The notes under the pieces: model-generated
Told to the model about the DNA's origin: nothing
What the model saw: only the letters and a program-made list of their open reading frames with translations
Database searches by the model: none
Source of the DNA: Phyllobates terribilis
Taxonomy: Eukaryota
Assembly (NCBI RefSeq): GCF_046119375.1
Contig: NW_027362765.1
Coordinates: forward strand, 67,828,001 to 67,892,000
Length of the DNA stretch: 64,000 bases
Direction of reading: 5' to 3'
Shown: piece by piece, positions 9,722 to 21,600 of the stretch
Numbering within the stretch: position 1 is the first letter of the stretch
Layout of the letters: every line of letters starts with the position of its first letter
Made by a program: the position numbers and the translations under genes

Positions 9722-12203
9722 AGTTTCATAGTTTCATAGTTTATAAGGCCGAAAAAAGACAATCGTCCATCCAGTTCAGCCTATTTCTTGTGCACTGCAG
9801 CTATTCCGCAGCGTTGATCCAGGAGAAGGCAACAAAAAAACATGCGGTATAGGCCAATTTACATCATTGAGGAAAAATTCACTTCCCGACACCAATCTGG
9901 CAGTCAGATTAAATCCCTGGATTAATTAACTAAGCATAAGATGTAATTTTATTGTTCTCAAGAAAGGCGTCCAGGCCTCTCTTGAACTCGTTAAGTGAGT
10001 TGGACATCACCACTTCCTCTCCCAGAGAGTTCCAGAGTCTCACGGCTCTGACCGTAAAGAATCCCCTTCTATGCTGGTGCAGGAACCTCCTTTCCTCCAG
10101 ACGCATAGTGTGCCCTCTCGTCTTTGTCACCATCCTTGGTATAAACAGGTCATGGGAGAGATCTCTGTACTGCCCCCTGATGTATTTATACATGTTTATG
10201 AGGTCTCCCCTAAGCCTTCTCTTTTCCAACGTAAATAGGCCTAATTTTGACAACCTCTCTGGGTATTCTAATCCCTCCATTCCCTTTATTACCTTAGTCG
10301 CCCTCCTTTGTACCCTCTCTAGCTCCAATATGTCTTTCCTGAGCACCGGAGCCCAGAACTGTGCACAATATTCTAAGTGCGGCCTTACCAGCGCTTTATA
10401 CAGAGGAAGAACAATGTTCTCATCACATGCTCCTATTCCTCTTCTGATGCATGCCATGACTCTATTTGCCTTCGCAGCTGCTGCCTGACACTGGGCACTC
10501 CAATTTAATTTGCTATTAACCAAGACGCCCAGGTCCTTCTCCATGTCAGATTTCCCCAACGGTTTCCCATTTAATATGTATGGGTGACTGCTGTTTTTCT
10601 TTCCCATGTGCATGACCTTACATTTATCGGCATTGAACCCCATTTGCCATTTTTTGGCCCAACTCCCCAATGTATCTAAATCCTCCTGTAGCTGTGCCCT
10701 ATCCTCATCTGTATTAACTACTTTACAAAGTTTAGTATCATCTGCAAATATTGCTATTTTACTATGCAACCCTTCCACTAGATCATTAATAAATATATTA
10801 AATAATATAGGGCCCAAGACAGACCCTTGAGGCACCCCGCTAGTAACCCTGACACACCCTGAGCTTACTCCATTGATAACCACCCTCTGCTTTCTATCAC
10901 TCAGCCAGCTATTTACCCACTTGCACACATTATCCCCCAGACCAAGCATTCTCATTTTATATACCAACCTTTTGTGTGGCACGGTATCAAACGCTTTGGA
11001 GAAGTCAAGGTATACAACATCCACTGACTCTCCCCGGTCCAGCTGCGAGCTCACCTCCTCGTAGAAGGCGATCAGGTTTGTTTGGCAGGAGCGATCCCTC
11101 ATGAATCCATGTTGATATGCAGTTAGACAGTTATTATCATTAAGATATTCTACAATAGCATCTCTAAGAAATCCTTCAAACAATTTACCCACAACAGACG
11201 TTAAGCTGACTGGTCTATAGTTCCCAAGGTCACTTTTAGACCCCTTTTTGAATATTGGTACCACATTTGCTTGGCGCCAGTCTAGTGGGACAGACCCTGT
11301 CCATAAAGAGTGCTTGAATATAAGATACAGCGGTCTGTCTATCACATTACTTAATTCTTTTAGTACCCGGGGGTGTATGCCATCTGGGCCTGGTGACTTG
11401 TCTATTTTGATATTATTTAGGCGTTTCTGAACTTCCTCCTGGGTTAGGTGGGTGATATTTAGCGGAGGGTTTACTTTATCACTCTGCATTTCCTCCGATA
11501 AATTGTTTTCTTTTGTGAAAACAGTGGAGAAGAAGCTGTTGAGTAGGTTTGCTTTACCCTCATCGCCCTCTATGATTTTACCCAGGTTATTTTTCAATGG
11601 GCCAACTCCATCAGTTTTAATCCTTTTACTGTTTATATAGTTAAAGAACAGTTTGGGATTCGTTTTACTTTCTTTGGCAATTAGTCTCTCTGTCTCCTCT
11701 TTTGCTATTCTTATTTGTTTCTTACAGATTTTGTTTTTTTCCCTATAAGATATTAGCGCTTCCTCGCTGCCTTCTTGTTTAAGTTTACCGAAAGCCCTTT
11801 TTTTGTTTTCCATTGCCCTCTTGACTTCCTTATTTAGCCACATTGGCTTCCTCCTATTTCTAGCCCTTTTATTCCCATAAGGTATGTACCTTCTACAGTG
11901 ACTATGTAGGACTGTTTTGAAAATTTCCCATTTTCTATCCGTGCTCCTATTACTAAAGATACTATCCCAGTCTATAAGGTGAAGGGCATCTCTTAGCTGA
12001 TCAAACTTTGCCCTCCTGAAGTTCAGTGTTTTTGTGACTCCCTTGCTGGGCACCCTACTGAAGCACATGTGGAATTGTATAATGTTGTGGTCACTATTTC
12101 CCAGGTGCCCCCCGACCTGCACCTCAGTTATTCTGTCTGGCCTGTTAGTTAATATTAAGTCTAAAAGGGCCGTCCCTCTAGTTGGTTCCTGCACAAGCTG
12201 TGA
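9722..12203 (-). mobile_element. CR1 LINE, 5'-truncated, young
   Basis: Uninterrupted ORF2 part with endonuclease C-terminus (LLDLILTN, GNSDH) and RT (YLDFSKAFD, GVPQGSVLGP, FADD). 3' tail is (TATGAAAC)n at about 9722-9745. Confidence 0.95.
9930..12203 (-). CDS. CR1 ORF2 fragment (partial endonuclease plus complete RT), lacking its natural start
   Basis: From the 794-aa ORF 9930..12314; the first 37 or so residues come from the adjacent Tc1 sequence. Confidence 0.85.
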   Translation of the reverse strand, partial: SQLVQEPTRGTALLDLILTNRPDRITEVQVGGHLGNSDHNIIQFHMCFSRVPSKGVTKTLNFRRAKFDQLRDALHLIDWDSIFSNRSTDRKWEIFKTVLHSHCRRYIPYGNKRARNRRKPMWLNKEVKRAMENKKRAFGKLKQEGSEEALISYREKNKICKKQIRIAKEETERLIAKESKTNPKLFFNYINSKRIKTDGVGPLKNNLGKIIEGDEGKANLLNSFFSTVFTKENNLSEEMQSDKVNPPLNITHLTQEEVQKRLNNIKIDKSPGPDGIHPRVLKELSNVIDRPLYLIFKHSLWTGSVPLDWRQANVVPIFKKGSKSDLGNYRPVSLTSVVGKLFEGFLRDAIVEYLNDNNCLTAYQHGFMRDRSCQTNLIAFYEEVSSQLDRGESVDVVYLDFSKAFDTVPHKRLVYKMRMLGLGDNVCKWVNSWLSDRKQRVVINGVSSGCVRVTSGVPQGSVLGPILFNIFINDLVEGLHSKIAIFADDTKLCKVVNTDEDRAQLQEDLDTLGSWAKKWQMGFNADKCKVMHMGKKNSSHPYILNGKPLGKSDMEKDLGVLVNSKLNWSAQCQAAAAKANRVMACIRRGIGACDENIVLPLYKALVRPHLEYCAQFWAPVLRKDILELERVQRRATKVIKGMEGLEYPERLSKLGLFTLEKRRLRGDLINMYKYIRGQYRDLSHDLFIPRMVTKTRGHTMRLEERRFLHQHRRGFFTVRAVRLWNSLGEEVVMSNSLNEFKRGLDAFLENNKITSYA

Positions 12204-12660
12204 AACCAGAAGTTTACATACACTATATAAAAAGACACAGATGCATGTTTTTCTCAATATCTCACATGAAATCAAAATAAACCTTTCCCGTTTTAGGTCA
12301 ATTAGGATTACCATAATTTTTAATATTTGCCAAATGCCAGAATAATGAGACAGAGAGAATGTTTCAAGGCATTTTTATTACTTACTGCAAAGTCAAAAGT
12401 TTACATACACTAAGATTACTATGCCTTTAAACAATTCAGGACTGCCCATATGATGATGTCATGTGTTTGGAAGATTCTGATTTTTTTGGCAACATCTGAG
12501 TTACTTAGAGACACACCTGTGGATGTATTCCAATGCACATCTGAAACACACTGCTTCTTTGTGTAGCATCATGGGAAAGTCTAAAGAAATCAGCCAAGAA
12601 ATCAGGAAGAGAATTGTGGACTTGCACAAGTCTGGCTCATCCTTGGGTACCGTTTTAGAT
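12201..12660 (+). mobile_element. Tc1/mariner element (Sleeping Beauty-like IR/DR), left end and transposase start
   Basis: TGAAACCAGAAGTTTACATACACT, an inner AAGTTTACATACACT repeat, then ATGGGAAAGTCTAAAGAAATC (MGKSKEIS). Its first bases, TA-CAGT, sit at 9719-9724 on the far side of the CR1. Confidence 0.9.
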
Positions 12661-13190
12661 ATAGCACAAGTATTAGGCTCCAATTCCACCCCCTGACGAA
12701 GGTTCGCCGAAAAGCGCGTTGGGGTGGACGCACACCATCCAGCCGCTGGTACGCTCCTGGCCTCCTGTATATAAGGTAGCTACACACTTTGTTTATACAT
12801 TGAGTCATGACTTACAGGCCATCTTTGATGGATGGGGAAATTTGAACGATAATTGAATTGGAGCCTAATACTTGTGCTATATCTAAGACTGTTTGGCCAG
12901 TAGGACTGGATGTGTGATACGTCCGTTTTTTCCTCTCTTCTGTACATGGTCATTTGTGTTTCATACTCCTTATGTTATGTAATTGATTTTTAACTGAGAT
13001 ATATTTAATAAAGATTTATATATTTTTACATTTAAACAATGGTCATGGGCTATATATCGCTACTTCTTTTCTCTTGTTATTGTAGTTTCTCTTACGTTGC
13101 CCTTCTACTTAGTTGTCCATAAGTCCCCCTATTATGGTGCTACATCAATTGTATGATTATGTGGACCTCTCTGTGGCTTGTTTTAATGAA
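12655..13190 (+). mobile_element. Penelope-like/retrozyme-like insert with inverted 5' segment and poly(A) signal
   Basis: 32-bp perfect inverted repeat (12655-12686 / 12855-12886), a hammerhead motif, and AATAAA near 13010. It interrupts the Tc1 sequence. Confidence 0.6.
12685..12728 (+). ncRNA. Minimal type I hammerhead ribozyme motif
   Basis: TCCACCCC-CTGACGA-A-GG(TTCG)CC-GAAA-AGCGCG-TT-GGGGTGGA: 8-bp stem I, intact core, UUCG-capped stem II, near-palindromic stem III. Confidence 0.75.
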
Positions 13191-14067
13191 TATTTTGTGA
13201 AGTGCAACAGTCCCTCCTGCAGCAAAACAACCCCACAACATGATGCTGCCACCCTCGTGTTTCACAGTTGTGATGGTGTTTTTAGGCTTCCAATATTTTC
13301 CCGTTTTCCTCCAAACGTAACGATGGTCATTATGCCCAAAACGTTCAATTTTAGTTTCATCAGAACACAGGACATGTCTCCAAAAATTAAGGTCTTTGTT
13401 CCTGTGTGCATTTGCAAAAATTAATCTGGCTTTTTTATGTTTCTTTTGGAGTAATGGGTTCTTCCTGGCAGAGTGGCCTTTCAGCCCATGTTGATACAGT
13501 ACTCATTTCACTGTGGTTATTGACATAATATAACCAGCATCTGCCATCATCTTCACAAGGTCTTTTGCTTTTGTCCTTGGGTTGATATGCACAAGTCAAA
13601 CCAAAGCACGTTCATCTCTGGGACACAGAACTCGTCTCCTTCCTGAGCGGTATGATGGCTGGACATTCCCATCTTGTTTGTATTTGCGTATAATTATTTG
13701 TACCGATGAACAAGGCACCTTCACGTATCTTAAAATTGTACCCAAGGATGAGCCAGACTTGTGCAAGTCCACCATTCTCTTCCTGATTTCTTTAGACTTT
13801 CCCATGATGCTACACAAAGAAGCAGTGTGTTTCAGGTGTACATTAAAATCATTCCACAGGTGTGCCTCTAATTAACTCAGATGTTGCCAAAAAAACATAA
13901 GCTTCCAAAAACATGACATCATCATATGGGCAGTCCAGAATTGTTTAAAGGCATAGTAATCTTAGTGTATATAAAATTTTGACTTTGCAGTAAGTAATAA
14001 AAATGCCTTGAAACATTCTCTCTCTCTCATTATTCTGGCATTTGGCAAATATTAAAAATTACGGGTA
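13190..14067 (-). mobile_element. Tc1 fragment of the same family (left end plus transposase N-half), inverted
   Basis: ORF 13596..13817 reads MGKSKEIRKRMVDLHKSGSSLG. Inner direct repeat near 13960-13990; outer TIR lost. Confidence 0.9.
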
Positions 14068-15336
14068 AAAAAAAAGATTTCTCTTACCTTCCTGTGCTCC
14101 CGGCACCATGCGGAGTCCTACTCTACAGATCCGGAGCGCTCAAGTTAAAATGACCGCTGACCTAGCAGAGGTTCAGGTAAAACTCTGCCTGCGCTTTTAA
14201 AGAGCCAGTGCCCCTAAAAACCGCAGGCTTTTTTTAATTATTTTTCTTCCCCCTCTCCTCTGCAGCAAGGGCCCACCAGGGATTTCCCTGATACCCCGCC
14301 AGGTCAGTCCGACCCTGTACAAAGTGTTACCTGGTTAGGGGCCAACTGAAACATTTCACCCTCACCTGAGCTGAACACCTAGCTATGCCCTATGGTAAAC
14401 CGATTGTCCACTACTCAGACAACTCCTTCTCAATCACTGTTTCCCCCAAGTAAAATAATAGCTAAGCCCATCTCCAAGTAGTGGACAACCTCTTTAAAGA
14501 CAGTCTTTTCAGTAGATATTTCACATAGTCTTACACAGAGAGACATATAAGGCGGAGCCGATTAATATACAGCAATATTTAAGGATGAGATTCTCAGCCT
14601 AGAGGAGCTGATTGAATTGCTGAAATGTAGCCCTGCAAATTGCTTTCTTTAGCAGTTGATATAGTATATTCTAGAACGTTTTCTTTAATTGTAATTAAAC
14701 AATGCAGAGAAACTGTATAATATCACAAGAAATCCACTGAAAATTAACTTCTTGAAAGTTGTCTGGAGAACACAAAGGGAGATCAAAATTGGCTAAAATT
14801 GCAGAGATTTCGTTGCAGTGATTTTCTCTAAGGACTTGAACGGAGGACCGCATTTTTTTTCTCAATTCTGTCGTTATTACAAATTTTTACAAGCAAAATA
14901 TTTCAAGCTGTGAAAGCAATAAGCTTTGAGGTATATATTCACTAAAAGTACAATTGGAGAATAACAGAAATATAACCAACCGGAAACATAGCCGAGGTCC
15001 GGATTGTCAGTTCCTCTCTGTGATGTGTGGTTGGGAGTGAAGAGAGGAGGGAGGAGAAGTAGAACATAGTCTGGCATTTTACATTAGATCCATTACAAGT
15101 GATACAGAGCAATAATTTATAATTCATGTCTTCCAGAAAATATTCCTAAACCACATAGTTTGTATCGGAGAGGTGAGCGCTTGACCATATATTATACTTA
15201 TTGATTTGACCATTTCTCTTATATGTTATCAGATGTATTATTTTATGTTCAGCTATTGATATAGCATCTTGCATCCTTATCATCATTGAATATTTATTCC
15301 TTGCTGTTATGTTTTTGCACATTCATGTATTAGTAA

Positions 15337-15635
15337 TAGAGATGGGAGAATCGATTTTCAGAATTCGGGTCCATCAGCAGGTCAGTAATCTGTGACCACT
15401 GGACAGGAGGCCTGTAAATCTCCTTACTTCCCGGCTCCTCTCTCTTGAGTAACTGAGCTTGCACAACGTCATTATTGCAGAATGATGCACACACTACCTT
15501 ATTCCAGCCCGGCTAATCAAAAAGAGGAATAGGGAAGGCTGGAAGTAAGGAGATTCACAGGGCTCCCATCCAGCCATCCCAGATTACTGACCTGCTGATG
15601 GACCAGAGTTCTGCAGATCTATTCTTCCATCTTTA
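15337..15635. mobile_element. Palindromic hAT-type MITE
   Basis: TAGAGATGGGAGAAT... versus ...ATTCTTCCATCTTTA, with inverted arms containing GGTCCATCAGCAGGTCAGTAATCTG. The TSD is degenerate. Confidence 0.65.
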
Positions 15636-18249
15636 ATTGATACTACTTTGCCATTTCCATGCTCCTCTCCTCTGCTAGTCAAGACTTTAATCATGATCAG
15701 TCTTTTTATGTATGTGATTTTAATATCCTGTGTAAGGTTTTGCTCAGGTAGGCATTAGGCAGCGTTCACACAAGCGACGTTTTTAATCCAACAAGGCAAA
15801 GTTTATTCTCTATAAACCCAAGGAGGACTATAAATCAAAACAGCCGTGCTCCGGCACATAGGTAAATAAAGCAGGAAAGTATAGTACATACGGCATGTCA
15901 ATATTCCGGCAGGTATGAATCCAATACTTCAGCAGGAATATGTCAACCCACACACTCTCTCCAGCTCCCACAATCTAGTTGTCTCTTTCGCAACTGTAGC
16001 TCACATCTTGGCTGGTCAATGGTCACTCACCAGCTTACACACTCTTCTTCACCAGCAGACTCACTGGTTCTCCAGCAGCACCACACTGAACCCATTTCAT
16101 AACAATACACTGAAGTTGCACTCCTAATCCAGACCTGCAGTGCTGAGATTTAACCCTGTCCTTCCCAGCTATGCTACATATCCTCCATCTGCCCAAAGCC
16201 AAGGGCTGGGCTCCATCTGCCAGTCCACATTGCCAGTAGGAGACCACTCTACCAAAACTGATTATTGGCTCCCAGCTCCTGGGAAACACCATTTACATGT
16301 TTCACACAGGGCCTTGCTATCTATCTACAGACTACATGCAATGATCTGCTACCTACAGTCTACATCACTCACACCGGCTCTGCCACTTGCACATATCAAA
16401 TACTGCGCTGCAGATACACAGCCTCACACGCAGTGCGTACTGTACTACCAATGCCGACACATCATAAGGCTGCAGACTCACTGCACACAGTATTATACAC
16501 GGTACACAGTCCTACCCACTGCTCTCCATAATCCTACACATTGTAACTGTGTGTGTACATCATGTGACCTTATCACCACAGCCGACTACTGGTGTCATAC
16601 CAGACTACTGGGCGCTACCACTTGAGATCTATCTTCACATGATCACTACATCCAGTCATGACCCCGTTCTGCCGTAGAGTTGTACGGGTAATTTTGACTC
16701 GGATCAAAAATGTTTTGGTGATCTTTATTTTGCAAAACACCCATGGCCATATGGACAGCTCCATAGATAATAATTAAGTGTTCTATCCATGAAATATAAA
16801 CATCTGATTAATGGCGGGCGATGGCAGTAAATGGAGATTGTACAATAATAGAGCAGCGAGCGACGTCAGGAGGAAAGTGACCCAATCTAATCCAATACAG
16901 ACAGATCCTGATATAGCGACACAGACGGGAACACGTTTTGTCTTCTGGAATGTGATTGCAGCACTGAAGGGGTTAATGTTGCCTGTGCCCAATAATGGGG
17001 AATCTCCACATACCTCCACCTCCAGATCTATGGGTGTTCTGTGCTTACACGTATAGCTCCCAACCATCTTGGATCAAGCAGGCCTTTCCTGATTTGAGGG
17101 AATTATCCTCCTATGTCGGGAAGCCAGGGTTGTGTCCCGACTTCCAGTCACTCTGTGTAGTGTCTTCTCTCTTGCCGTCTTCATTGCTCCATAGCTCCTC
17201 CCCAGGGCTGGGGCAAAGATTTCTCTGTTCTGTATATACTTACATTAATTTACTGTAAATAAATAATTATTTTTGTTTCTTGAGATCTGATCTCACCAGG
17301 ATCCGAACCCCCAACCTGCATCATTGTAGGCAACAGCAAAAAGTATGAGCCACAGCCTGCACTGACAATCATGGGAGAATTATCTTTACATGAATGTACA
17401 TTGTAGACTCAAAAATTACAAGTAGTGTGTACTGGTACCTAACATAGAAATACATCTATATATACCAGTGCATTTCTATGTACCTGTATCCTGGAGGGAA
17501 GATAAAAGTCAGATATTTTTCTTCCTATAAAAAAAATGAAGAACAATTAAATAAATATCATTTTAATGCACTTTGAAAAAAATAATCACATCTCAACAAA
17601 TAGGAGACACATTTCCTGTCTCTGTTATCGTAACAACCTGCACAACACAGTGATCAGATTGTGTATTGTGATCAATAAATGGTGTAAAAAATTGGTTGGT
17701 TGATTATCTCCATAAAACCCCAACAATTTGATGAAAATGGAACACTAAGGCAGTGTTCACACCTTATATAATTACTATATTTCTTCTAGTTGTTTTCTGC
17801 AGGTAGATGTGACCTTGTCCTCATCACACAGGACTATTGTGGATCCTGATGAAGAAGTTGGTCCAACTGTGAAACGCATTGAGAATAAAGCTCATGGTGA
17901 ATCCTGTACGTCTTCTGGGTTTCTTCATTCCAACATCAGCAGCGCAGACTACCACTCCTATCCTCCTATTATTTCTCCACACGACGGAATCACAATCTTC
18001 TCTGATTATTCAGTTTTTGTTGCACTTTTTATACTTTTTCCCTTGTTTGATGCGTTTTTGCTGCAGATGTGAAGCCGCGTTTCAGAAGCTTTTTTAATAG
18101 TTCAGAAAAGTTTTATTTCATCGGTTAAAAATGCAACAGCGGATTTTACATGATGTTATTCAGGCTCCACAAAGAAACTTATAGAGAAAAAATCCACCAA
18201 AACCGCAGAGTTCAGCAGAGTCTGTAGACGTTCAGTGAGCGCAGATCTC

Positions 18250-18628
18250 ATGAAACTGACTCATGCCCCCTCCGACATCTCCTCCTGCCGGGGGAGAGAA
18301 GTGGTAAATGTCTGTGGCTGGGGGCGGTAGGGGGGGAAGAGACATTTCCAGGAGCTGAGCAGAGTTTATCCCTCTTTCTATTCGGTAAACGCTAGAATGT
18401 ATGGGCTCCTTCCAGGTATGACGTCATTTCCAGGGGGGGGGTGTCCTGACTGTGCATTATGGGCGTGTTCTAGTTTAGCACACTCAACCCTTTCTATTCT
18501 GGGAACCTTTGCAGTTCTGCTTCCAGGACCTGTGATGATGTCACAGTCATGTGATCAGTCACATGGGGGGAGGAGCAGGATGGGGCTTGTAGGAAGTGAA
18601 GGGTTTTCTGTGTAGGAAGCGGCCACAG
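18250..18628 (+). promoter_or_regulatory. Putative promoter and non-coding first exon of the zinc-finger gene
   Basis: TGACTCA (18257), GC box (about 18320), CRE TGACGTCA (18419-18426), Ets-type GGAAGTG (18592), and a strong donor CAG|GTAAGA at 18629. The link to the acceptor at 34979 is inferred. Confidence 0.45.
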
Positions 18629-18653
18629 GTAAGAGCTGAAGCTGAGGAGAAGT

Positions 18654-21600
18654 CTACACTGGGGACCGGTAATGAGGGAGCAGGGACTGTGTGATAGAGG
18701 GGACAGGACTCAGTCCTGGGGGAAGCACCGGGACTCTGCACTGGGGACCTGTAATGAGGGAGCAGGGACTGTGTGATAGAGGGGACAGGACGCAGTCCTG
18801 GGGGAAGCACCGGGACTCTACACTGGGGACCGGTAATGAGGGAGCAGGGACTGTGTGATAGAGGGGACAGGACTCAGTCCTGGGGGAAGCACCGGGACTC
18901 TACACTGGGGACCGGTAATGAGGGAGCAGGGACTGTGTGATAGAGGGAACATGACTCAGTCCTGGGGGAAGCACCGGGACTCTACACTGGGGACCGGTAA
19001 TGAGGGAGCAGGGACTGTGTGATAGAGGGGACAGGACTCAGTCCTGGGGGAAGCACCGGGACTCTACACTGGGGACCGGTAATGAGGGAGCAGGGACTGT
19101 GTGATAGAGAGGACAGGACTCAGTCCTGGGGGAAGCACCGGGACTCTACACTGGGGACTGGTAATGAGGGAGCAGGGACTGTGTGATAGAGGGGACAGGA
19201 CTCAGTCCTGGGGGAAGCACCGGGACTCTACACTGGGGACTGGTAATGAGGGAGCAGGGACTGTGTGATAGAGGGGACAGGACTCAGTCCTGGGGGAAGC
19301 ACCGGGACTCTACACTGGGGACCGGTAATGAGGGAGCAGGGACTGTGTGATAGAGGGGACAGGACTCAATCCTGGGGGAAGCACCGTGACTCTGCACTGG
19401 GGACTGGTAATGAGGGAGCAGGGACTGTGTGATAGAGGGGACAGGACTCAGTCCTGGAGGAAGCACCAGGACTCTACACTGGGGACCAGTAATGAGGGAG
19501 CAGGGACTGTGTGATAGAGGGGACAGGACTCAGTCCTGGGGGAAGCACCGGGACTCTACACTGGGGACCGGTAATGAGGGAGCAGGGACTGTGTGATAGA
19601 GGGGACAGGACTCAGTCCTGGGGGAAGCACCGGGACTCTGCACTGGGGACCGGTAATAAGGGAGCAGGGACTGTGTGATAGAGGGGACAGGACTCAGTCC
19701 TGGGGGAAGCACCGGGACTCTACACTGGGGACCGGTAATGAGGGAGCAGGGACTGTGTGATAGAGGGGACAGGACTCAGTCCTGGGGGAAGCACCGGGAC
19801 TCTACACTGGGGACCAGTAATGAGGGAGCAGGGACTGTGTGATAGAGGGGACAGGGCTCAGTCCTGGAGGAAGCACCGGGACTCTACACTGGGGACCGGT
19901 AATGAGGGAGCAGGGACTGTGTGATAGAGGGGACAGGACTCAGTCCTGGAGGAAGCACCGGGACTCTGCACTGGGGACCGGTAATGAGGGAGCAGGGACT
20001 GTGTGATAGAGAGGACAGGACTCAGTCCTGGGGGAAGCATCGGGACTCTGCACTGGGGACCGGTAATGAGGGAACAGGGACTGTGTGATAGAGGGGACAG
20101 GACTCAGTCCTGGGGGAAGCACCGGGACTCTACACTGGGGACCGGTAATGAGGGAGCAGGGACTGTGTGATAGAGGGGACAGGACTCAGTCCTGGGGGAA
20201 GCACCGGGACTCTGCACTGGGGAGCGGTAATGAGGGAGCAGGGACTGTGTGATAGAGGGGACAGGACTCAGTCCTGGGGGAAGCACCGGGACTCTGCACT
20301 GGGGACCGGTAATGAGGGAGCAGGGACTGTGTGATAGAGGGGACAGGACTCAGTCCTGGGGGAAGCACCGGGACTCTACACTGGAGACCGGTAATGAGGG
20401 AGCAGGGACTGTGTGATAGAGGGGACAGGACTCAGTCCTGGGGGAAGCACCGGGACTCTACACTGGGGACCGGTAATGAGGGAGCAGGGACTGTGTGATA
20501 GAGGGGACAGGACTCAGTCCAGGGGGAAGCACCGGGACTCTGCACTGGGGACCGGTAATGAGGGAGCAGGGACTGTGTGATAGAGAGGACAGGACTCAGT
20601 CCTGGGGGAAGCATCGGGACTCTGCACTGGGGACCGGTAATGAGGGAACAGGGACTGTGTGATAGAGGGGACAGGACTCAGTCCTGGGGGAAGCACCGGG
20701 ACTCTACACTGGGGACCGGTAATGAGGGAGCAGGGACTGTGTGATAGAGGGGACAGGACTCAGTCCTGGGGGAAGCACCGGGACTCTGCACTGGGGAGCG
20801 GTAATGAGGGAGCAGGGACTGTGTGATAGAGGGGACAGGACTCAGTCCTGGGGGAAGCACCGGGACTCTGCACTGGGGACCGGTAATGAGGGAGCAGGGA
20901 CTGTGTGATAGAGGGGACAGGACTCAGTCCTGGGGGAAGCACCGGGACTCTACACTGGAGACCGGTAATGAGGGAGCAGGGACTGTGTGATAGAGGGGAC
21001 AGGACTCAGTCCTGGGGGAAGCACCGGGACTCTACACTGGGGACCGGTAATGAGGGAGCAGGGACTGTGTGATAGAGGGGACAGGACTCAGTCCTGGGGG
21101 AAGCACCGGGACTCTGCACTGGTGACCGGTAATGAGGGAGCAGGGACTGTGTGATAGAGGGGACAGGACTCAGTCCTGGGGGAAGCACCGGGACTCTGCA
21201 CTGGGGACCGGTAATGAGGGAGCAGGGACTGTGTGATAGAGGGGACAGGACTCAGTCCTGGGGGAAGCGCCGGGACTCTACACTGGGGACCGGTAATGAG
21301 GGAGCAGGGACTGTGTGATAGAGGGGACAGGACTCAGTCCTGGGGGAAGCACCGGGACTCTACACTGGGGACCGGTAATGAGGGAGCAGGGACTGTGTGA
21401 TAGAGGGGCAGGACTCAGTCCTGGGGGAAGCACCGGGACTCTGCACTGGGGACCGGTAATGAGAGAGCGGGGACTGTGTGATAGAGGGGACAGGACTCAG
21501 TCCTGGGGGAAGCACCGGGACTCTACACTGGGGACCGGTAATGAGAGAGCAGGGACTGTGTGATAGAGGGGACAGGACTCAGTCCTGGGGGAAGCACCGG

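Noticed and set aside
12204-12314. N-terminal extension of the 794-aa RT ORF
   Set aside because: It is antisense Tc1 terminal sequence fused by chance to a truncated CR1.
14870-15120. Possible host exon
   Set aside because: Short ORFs only, no recognisable domain, and no consistent splice pair.
16900-17330. Possible solo LTR (TATA-like and AATAAA motifs)
   Set aside because: I could not define TG...CA ends or a TSD, and there is no second copy in the window.
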